Origin: Candidatus Heimdallarchaeota archaeon
GTDB taxonomy: Archaea; Asgardarchaeota; Heimdallarchaeia; Heimdallarchaeales; Heimdallarchaeaceae
Reading direction: 5' to 3'
DNA length: 12,836 nucleotides
Assembly (NCBI GenBank): GCA_030668825.1
Contig: DAOVET010000077.1
Location: 1-12,836, forward strand
Both the position numbers and the translations under genes were made by a program. Numbering within the stretch: the stretch's first letter is position 1; each line of letters begins with the position of its first letter. The notes beneath the pieces are model-generated. The model saw only the letters and a program-made list of their open reading frames with translations. It searched no databases and was not told where the DNA came from. Positions 7,136 to 12,836 of the stretch are shown piece by piece.

Positions 7136-8288
7136 TTAAGATATTATAAGCTGCATTAACATCAGCATTGATGAGAAAACCCTGAGCTGAGCGAAACAAT
7201 CCTCGAGTGATTCTTCGTCCCTCATATCGATCTCTTTTTTTTGGAAATTCATTATCGAGAAAACTGCATTTAGAAGTATAATTCTCAGGAATGAGCTCAA
7301 CTTTTACTCCTTTTTCAGCTGCTTTGTAGTGTAACAAGTTGATAATCTTCATGAAGGGAATAGCTACAAACAACTGGGTAACTTTCTTCCAAAAATGAAC
7401 ATTTTGCTTCCATTTCTCATTATAGCCGATGATGATTTCATGTAGATCCCGTTCTACCCACAGATCCACTAAATATTTTGTTAGCTTGTGGATAGCATCT
7501 TTAAGTTTCTTTCGCCATTTTTCTCGAAGTTCATAATAAGCTGGACCATACTTGAGTCTGTTCTTCTTATTCAATTGGTGCTTTTGTTGCAGCATATATT
7601 CTGCTCGTAATTGCGTTTGCCTTTTCAAATAATACTGTGTTATGCTTTTGATTCCTTTCCCTGCGTCCCTGATAACAATCGGTTGATTGCCAAGGTTATC
7701 CACAAAGGTTACAAGGTTAATAGAACCCAAATCGATAGCTCCTTTCCTAATTAGTCGCTTTTTCATTTTAGGCAAGATTTTCTCATACACCAGCTCGAGA
7801 GTATACCCCACTCGTCTTGGGATAATCCTTACTTCTTTTAATTTCGTTCGTGAAGGTAATCGAGTCTTGTAATAAAACCCTACTTTTTTCGGAAAGACTA
7901 CCCACCCATTCACTATCCTCGCTTGCTGGTTAGTAAAAATTGCTACCACTTCTCCATTCTTCGCTTTATAGTTCGGCGGTTGGGGTATAGCGAAGAAAGC
8001 ACTGGGATTTTTCTTCCACTCTTTAATTGCTCGAAAATATCCTTTCCAATTTCTACAGAGGAGTTTGAGAGTGTGTTGCGCAGTATGAGCGGGAAGTACT
8101 CGATAACAGGCTTCCTGTTTGAGTAAGGTGTTAAGATCATAATAAAACAATAGTTTATGTGTCTTGTTTAGAGAATCCTTGACCAGATAATTTGCTCGAT
8201 TGTACAGATTCTTGACTTGATGACAAAGTGTGCTCAAAGCTGGATGATACTTTAGTTCTATGCATTCCACTCTCAGGACTTTGGTCAT
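7041..8288 (-). CDS. tnpB: TnpB RNA-guided endonuclease, intact, no adjacent transposase (IS1341-like)
   Basis: 415 aa. KNLYNRANY, PPNYK, RuvC-I GAIDLG, IIGYNEKWKQ, ENYTSKCSFLD, RuvC-III INADVNAAYNIL. Confidence 0.95.
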   Translation of the reverse strand: MTKVLRVECIELKYHPALSTLCHQVKNLYNRANYLVKDSLNKTHKLLFYYDLNTLLKQEACYRVLPAHTAQHTLKLLCRNWKGYFRAIKEWKKNPSAFFAIPQPPNYKAKNGEVVAIFTNQQARIVNGWVVFPKKVGFYYKTRLPSRTKLKEVRIIPRRVGYTLELVYEKILPKMKKRLIRKGAIDLGSINLVTFVDNLGNQPIVIRDAGKGIKSITQYYLKRQTQLRAEYMLQQKHQLNKKNRLKYGPAYYELREKWRKKLKDAIHKLTKYLVDLWVERDLHEIIIGYNEKWKQNVHFWKKVTQLFVAIPFMKIINLLHYKAAEKGVKVELIPENYTSKCSFLDNEFPKKRDRYEGRRITRGLFRSAQGFLINADVNAAYNILIKSDPKALPKRRVNGVGGYVMYPHRVSVDPR

Positions 8289-8311
8289 CGGATGTATTCC
8301 CTATAGTTGCG

Positions 8312-8319
8312 TATAAAAA
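8312..8319 (-). promoter_or_regulatory. Putative TATA box of tnpB2
   Basis: Minus strand TTTTTATA ends 23 nt before the ATG. Confidence 0.45.
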
Positions 8320-8348
8320 CTCCGGTAATATCTGTTAGACTTACTAAG

Positions 8349-8391
8349 TTTAAGGTGATTATTGCTTCATTTAAGGTGACAAAGTGACAAA
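8349..8391. repeat. Short direct repeats TTTAAGGTGA x2 (8349-8358, 8370-8379) and GTGACAAA x2 (8376-8383, 8384-8391)
   Basis: Read directly from the tnpB2/gtrA intergenic region. Confidence 0.7.
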
Positions 8392-8404
8392 AACATTTTA
8401 TAAA
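8386..8404 (+). promoter_or_regulatory. Putative BRE/TATA promoter of the GtrA-family gene
   Basis: GACAAAAACATTTTATAAA, about 30 nt upstream of the ATG at 8435. Confidence 0.55.
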
Positions 8405-8434
8405 TGCGTTCTTCTACTTCTTGTTGGTTGAAAA

Positions 8435-8956
8435 ATGGATCAAGAGAATAGCACGGACGAAACCCCTTCAGAAAAGTCTTCCTTCTTTGATAAAGAGAGA
8501 AATTTGCGACTTTCAAAATTCGTTATAGTTAGTCTTTTAGGTTTAGGTCTTAATTATCTCTTTCTCTTTCTTATGATGTTAATTCTCGAATCAGCAGGAT
8601 TAACTGGTGTGCTTTTCACAGTCTGGTTTCTAAACGTTTCAGATGTTCTAGTTTCACAAGCTGTTGCTATAGCCATTGTGATGATATACAATTATATAAT
8701 CAACAAAATATGGACTTTCAAGAAACAAGAGAAAGAGGTTGAATTTAACACTTTCAGGCAATTCATAAAATTCGCAATCGTAGGTGCTTCAGGAACTGTG
8801 ATCAACCTTGGACTAGTTTATGTCTTTTATGACCTAATAGGTTGGAACGAATATCTTGCAGTAACAATTGGCTTTGTAGTTTCAGTTCTAACCAATTTTA
8901 TCCTCAATGATATTTGGACATTCAACCCTAAATTCGGCAAAGCAAGAGAAAAGTAA
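8435..8956 (+). CDS. GtrA-family membrane protein (putative lipid-linked sugar translocase)
   Basis: Four hydrophobic helices in two repeats, each starting KF.IV and ending N(Y/F)I.N.IWTF. Confidence 0.85.
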   Translation: MDQENSTDETPSEKSSFFDKERNLRLSKFVIVSLLGLGLNYLFLFLMMLILESAGLTGVLFTVWFLNVSDVLVSQAVAIAIVMIYNYIINKIWTFKKQEKEVEFNTFRQFIKFAIVGASGTVINLGLVYVFYDLIGWNEYLAVTIGFVVSVLTNFILNDIWTFNPKFGKAREK

Positions 8957-8959
8957 TTT

Positions 8960-9301
8960 TTAAGTCTCTTTTCCACAATTTGAACAGAAGGTTGAGTCTT
9001 TTTCTATTTTATGCTTACAGTCATCACAGAATCTAACATTGTAATCTTTTTGTTGTTGTTCATATCCCTTAGTAACTTCACTGTGATGGGAAGTTAAATC
9101 TCCGTATAAAGATGCTCTTCTAGAAGAAAGCCCTCGTCGAGATAAGAACCAAAAAAAGACAAAAAGAACAACTGCAATTCCAGATACAGTTAGGAATATG
9201 ACTAAATCTCTATAGAACCAATAGTATACCCCTACAAGTACTATTATGAGTATAAACCAGGTAAAACCACCAAATCTATAACGTTTTCTTTCTATAGACA
9301 T
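8960..9301 (-). CDS. Small membrane protein with C-terminal zinc ribbon
   Basis: Two N-terminal TM segments and CDDC-x10-CSNCG at the C-terminus. ATG at 9301. Confidence 0.75.
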   Translation of the reverse strand: MSIERKRYRFGGFTWFILIIVLVGVYYWFYRDLVIFLTVSGIAVVLFVFFWFLSRRGLSSRRASLYGDLTSHHSEVTKGYEQQQKDYNVRFCDDCKHKIEKDSTFCSNCGKET

Positions 9302-9327
9302 GTTCAACTATCTCTTTGCAAAAGCTG

Positions 9328-11094
9328 TTATAAATTGTCTGCTCCTTCTTTATAATTATTATTTTCTGGTGAAAGGAATTCAAATTCTAAAATCTTTAGT
9401 TGCTCTAAATGGAAGGGGAACGGTTCTGGAAATAATGGAAACTTCTTCCTCCAATCCTTCTTCTCAGTAATCCAGGAGTTAAAATCTAGAGGATTTACCG
9501 GTTTATTAAATCTTAGAGGTCTATCAACTTTTTCTCCTTTGATTATCTTGTCAATTTGCTCTCTAAATTTCTCATAATAATATTGTTCTGACTGATTTAA
9601 AATTTTGAGCATCTTTGAATCTGTATACTCATCATCTGCTTTCATCAGAAATATTTCCGCTCGAGGAACGTTGTTCTTATACAGTTGGTAGAGAGCAATC
9701 ATTGTATAACCGTAAATAGGAACATACCTATTATTGAAGAGCATCAAATAAACTTCAGCAGCTCTCTCGTAGTAATTTTGTGAAAGTCTTAAGTATTCAC
9801 TATCATCTTCTTCTGCCCACCTTATCAACCAATATCTAGCGAGTAAAAGGGAGAGTTCTGGATCACCAATATCTATTCTTTGTGTTTTGATTATCTCCTC
9901 CATTATGCCAACATCATCTACCAGGTCGTAGACATAAGCTCCAAATGAGATTTTGGCATATATTCCAATCAGATTAAATGAAATGCCTATTTCTTCTCGC
10001 CTAGACCTACCTAGAATATCTGTTACATACCCCTCTATCTCACTGAGAATTTCTTCAACTGCGAATTTAATTACAGACTTTGTTAATTCAGGTTTCTCGT
10101 CTTTTAGATCTCCAACAAATTTAGAATTCTTATATTGAGTTTGTAGCAAATTATTGAGTATTTGATAGAATCTAGTTTCGAGAAGCAATGCCTTCTGCTG
10201 AATATAGAAACTCCTAATTGTCTCGCTGAACAGCTCATCATTCTTATACGGTTCAATTTCACTTAAAGCTCTTGAATTTTCCATATACGCTAAATTCAGA
10301 AACTCAGCAACATTCTCATTTGTAAAACGAGCACTAAACAGATGGAGTTGTGCTTTTAATGAAAAAAGTGAAGATTCAGAAATCTTAGTTTTAAGTAATT
10401 CAAAAGGCTCTTCATCTAGCTCTTTTAAGTAATGATGACCCAATCTTGCTTTTTCAAGAGCATCATCAAATAGCTTACACCAATCCAGAAAGTCCTCCTT
10501 AGGAATCACAGGAACAGTAACTAAGAAATTATAGAGAGTAAGAACAAGAATTTGAGCATAATTAGTTGCAGATTTGATGATATTTTTTTTCTCAAATTTA
10601 GTTAAATCTAGTCTCAAAACTGAATCAAGTTGCATGTAATCAATTAAGAAATTCAAGTGTTGCTTTTCCTTAAATAACAATTCTGAGATTTTATCTTTTG
10701 ATGGTGACTTCCCATACACAAGTGTCTGCTCAATTGCACCATCCAGAGTATAGTATGGATTTAATCCTTTCAACTTTGAAAACAAATCAATAAATGCAGA
10801 CAAAGCTGGATAAAGCATGAATTGAGAAGTACAGTGTTCTACGGCATCCCACATAACTTTGATACTGTAAACTAGGAAATCAAAATAGTCTTTCTTATAC
10901 ACACCTGATAATCTGAATAAGCGAGATGTGTAAGTTTTGAAATGAGCAATTTTTGTAATAAAAAGGTCAACATCAACGTTTTTCTGAGTAAGAGTTGAAA
11001 CTATGGCATCTACTTGTTCTTGAACAAAAAGAATCTTTTCCTTAGGTTGTAAAGCAAGGAACAATTTCTGATTTTCTTCAAACTCATTACTCAT
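9328..11094 (-). CDS. Hypothetical all-alpha (possibly TPR-like/solenoid) protein
   Basis: Long ORF of about 588 aa from the ATG at 11094 (MSNEF). Amphipathic helices with A/Y/L patterns; no catalytic motif recognised. Confidence 0.7.
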   Translation of the reverse strand: MSNEFEENQKLFLALQPKEKILFVQEQVDAIVSTLTQKNVDVDLFITKIAHFKTYTSRLFRLSGVYKKDYFDFLVYSIKVMWDAVEHCTSQFMLYPALSAFIDLFSKLKGLNPYYTLDGAIEQTLVYGKSPSKDKISELLFKEKQHLNFLIDYMQLDSVLRLDLTKFEKKNIIKSATNYAQILVLTLYNFLVTVPVIPKEDFLDWCKLFDDALEKARLGHHYLKELDEEPFELLKTKISESSLFSLKAQLHLFSARFTNENVAEFLNLAYMENSRALSEIEPYKNDELFSETIRSFYIQQKALLLETRFYQILNNLLQTQYKNSKFVGDLKDEKPELTKSVIKFAVEEILSEIEGYVTDILGRSRREEIGISFNLIGIYAKISFGAYVYDLVDDVGIMEEIIKTQRIDIGDPELSLLLARYWLIRWAEEDDSEYLRLSQNYYERAAEVYLMLFNNRYVPIYGYTMIALYQLYKNNVPRAEIFLMKADDEYTDSKMLKILNQSEQYYYEKFREQIDKIIKGEKVDRPLRFNKPVNPLDFNSWITEKKDWRKKFPLFPEPFPFHLEQLKILEFEFLSPENNNYKEGADNL

Positions 11095-11158
11095 TAATAG
11101 TATAATAACATAGAAATTCATAAAGACTACTAAATTAGCAAAAAGAAAATCAAAGGAT

Positions 11159-12836
11159 TTATTTAATCCTCAATCTCTTTAATTCTTCTTCAATTGGAAC
11201 TCCTTCGGCATCTAAACCTCTTTTTTCATAAAGAGTTCTTCTTGATTCTATGAAGTCTTCATCATTCACAAAAGCTGTCTTACCTTTAGCTCTACCAGAT
11301 GGCAAGGGTTCTTCCATAAACCGTTTAGGAAGATTATCAAATTCAATCGGCTTTTTATCCCCAAATTCTCTCATATTAAACAAACGTTTCATAATCCAAA
11401 CTCTTCGAGCAATGTCAGTTAAATCCTCAGCAGTTACATCTTTATCCCAAGCAGCTGATACAATATTAACGCAATCATCAAAACCTAATGCAGGTTTGAT
11501 ACTATGTGTGAAATGGCATATTGATAAACAATCCTTGATTGTTTTGAGGTCTTGTTGCTCTACTAAGGAATCGATAACCTTGATTGCGCTTTTTTCAGGA
11601 ATTTCTGAAGTCGAAGGCCATCCACGCAAATGCGAAGCCCCTACTGCAGCTGTAGCATAACTCAAACCAAGACCAAGTTTAGCACGTGGATCCCAGGCTG
11701 CAAAAGGTAATTTTTTCACATGAATTGCTAAGTCTTGTATATTCCAGTATTCAGCTGCTTGAGCAACTCCTTCAGCTAAGATATCTCCTATATCTTGACG
11801 ATAAGCTATTTTGTTAATAAGCTCTAGAAATTTATCAATATTACCGAACTCAACATCATCAAATTCTGGTCCCTCAACAAGTCCTTTTTCTATTGCTTCC
11901 ATGGTCATGGCAATTGCACTGCCTGTAGAAATTGTATCGAGTCCTAACTCGTTACAAAGATAATTAGCATGAATAACTGCTTCAGAATCATTAATACCAC
12001 AATTTCCTCCCAGCATAGCTAGTGTTTCATACTCTGGTTTGGCTATTTCTTTTCTATCTTCCTCAACCCAATCAAAAACGGATGCATCTAGAGTTTCACT
12101 ACAACCTATAGGGCACTGATAACATGGACGTCTGAAGCGTTTGTATTTCTCAGCTAAAGTTTCATGTCTTAGTTTGTCTATATCTTCAAACTCCCCTGAT
12201 TGCCAGTTTCGGGTTGGGTAGTGATCAAGATCACTAGCTACTTTTACCAGCCAGCTAGTTCCATGTTTATAAAGTAAATGACCATCATCTTTTGCATTTT
12301 TCGCTCTTTGAACTATATCCCTTCTTACTAATTCTATTTTCTCACGATCTCCATTTGAAGGTCGAGTTGAACCCTTAACTGCAACTGCTTTGAGATTCTT
12401 TGACCCAAATACTGCTCCCAAGCCTCCTCTTCCAGCATTTCGATAATTATCAGAAGACGAACAAGCAAAATTAACAAGATTTTCTCCAGCTGGTCCTATT
12501 GTTAAGACCCTCATTTTTGGTTCTCTTTCTAATGCTTTAATCAAAACATCAGTTTCATAGACAAATTTTCCCCAGAGATCTTTAGCATCCTTAATCTCAA
12601 CTTTTTGGTCCTTTATTGAAATATAAACAGGTTTCTCCGATTTCCCTTCAATAATAATCAAGTCATACCCTGTAAATCTAATCTCTGGTCCAAGAAAGCC
12701 ACCTACATTACTATCTAAATACAAACTAGTTAATGGACTCTTGGTACCAATTGCATATCGCCCAGAAACGGGGATTTTAGTCCCCTGAATCGGTCCAGGT
12801 GCAATAATGATTTTGTTTTCGGGAGATAAGGGATTG
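11159..12836 (-). CDS. Aldehyde:ferredoxin oxidoreductase family (tungsto/molybdopterin) protein, 5' end outside the window
   Basis: Frame stays open to the edge (NPLSPENKIIIAPGP...SGR...KSPLT). Motifs IGPAGENLV, AGRGGLGAVFGSKNLKA, CYQCPIGC, PEYET, LGLDTISTG, DPR, DCLSICHF. Confidence 0.95.
   Translation of the reverse strand, partial: NPLSPENKIIIAPGPIQGTKIPVSGRYAIGTKSPLTSLYLDSNVGGFLGPEIRFTGYDLIIIEGKSEKPVYISIKDQKVEIKDAKDLWGKFVYETDVLIKALEREPKMRVLTIGPAGENLVNFACSSSDNYRNAGRGGLGAVFGSKNLKAVAVKGSTRPSNGDREKIELVRRDIVQRAKNAKDDGHLLYKHGTSWLVKVASDLDHYPTRNWQSGEFEDIDKLRHETLAEKYKRFRRPCYQCPIGCSETLDASVFDWVEEDRKEIAKPEYETLAMLGGNCGINDSEAVIHANYLCNELGLDTISTGSAIAMTMEAIEKGLVEGPEFDDVEFGNIDKFLELINKIAYRQDIGDILAEGVAQAAEYWNIQDLAIHVKKLPFAAWDPRAKLGLGLSYATAAVGASHLRGWPSTSEIPEKSAIKVIDSLVEQQDLKTIKDCLSICHFTHSIKPALGFDDCVNIVSAAWDKDVTAEDLTDIARRVWIMKRLFNMREFGDKKPIEFDNLPKRFMEEPLPSGRAKGKTAFVNDEDFIESRRTLYEKRGLDAEGVPIEEELKRLRIK

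Noticed and set aside
4873-8140. Short ORFs 4873-5163, 7687-7872, 7923-8126 and 7943-8140
   Set aside because: All lie inside the tnpB genes, antisense or in an alternative frame, with no independent support.
4058-8288. Cas12f / type V CRISPR interpretation of the TnpB-like genes
   Set aside because: No repeat-spacer array or cas1/cas2/cas4 is visible, and the 3'-overlapping RNA structure fits TnpB.
9953-11660. Plus-strand ORFs 9953-10138 and 11250-11660
   Set aside because: Antisense shadows of the hypothetical gene and the AOR gene.

Overview
AT-rich archaeal window. The archaeal assignment rests on an archaeal-type Taw1/TYW1, an aldehyde:ferredoxin oxidoreductase and BRE/TATA-like promoters; an Asgard-type host is only an inference. 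From left to right: the start of a divergent ORF, a solitary gamma-class N6-adenine DNA methyltransferase, a ribbon-helix-helix regulator, a HEAT-repeat protein, a frameshifted tnpB (+), taw1, a STAS/SpoIIAA-like protein, an intact paralogous tnpB (-), a GtrA-family membrane protein, a membrane zinc-ribbon protein, a 590-aa helical hypothetical protein and a partial AOR. The most interesting part is the convergent pair of transposase-less tnpB genes. Comparing them by eye reveals a shared omegaRNA-like fold with a probable pseudoknot (loop GTGATG pairing with a distal CATCAT) that suggests where each guide starts. The scaffold/guide junction of tnpB1 is the exact 10-nt reverse complement of tnpB1's own start region, which hints at RNA-guided autoregulation. 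The GtrA protein appears circularly permuted. All of this was read by eye; no searches or folding programs were run.
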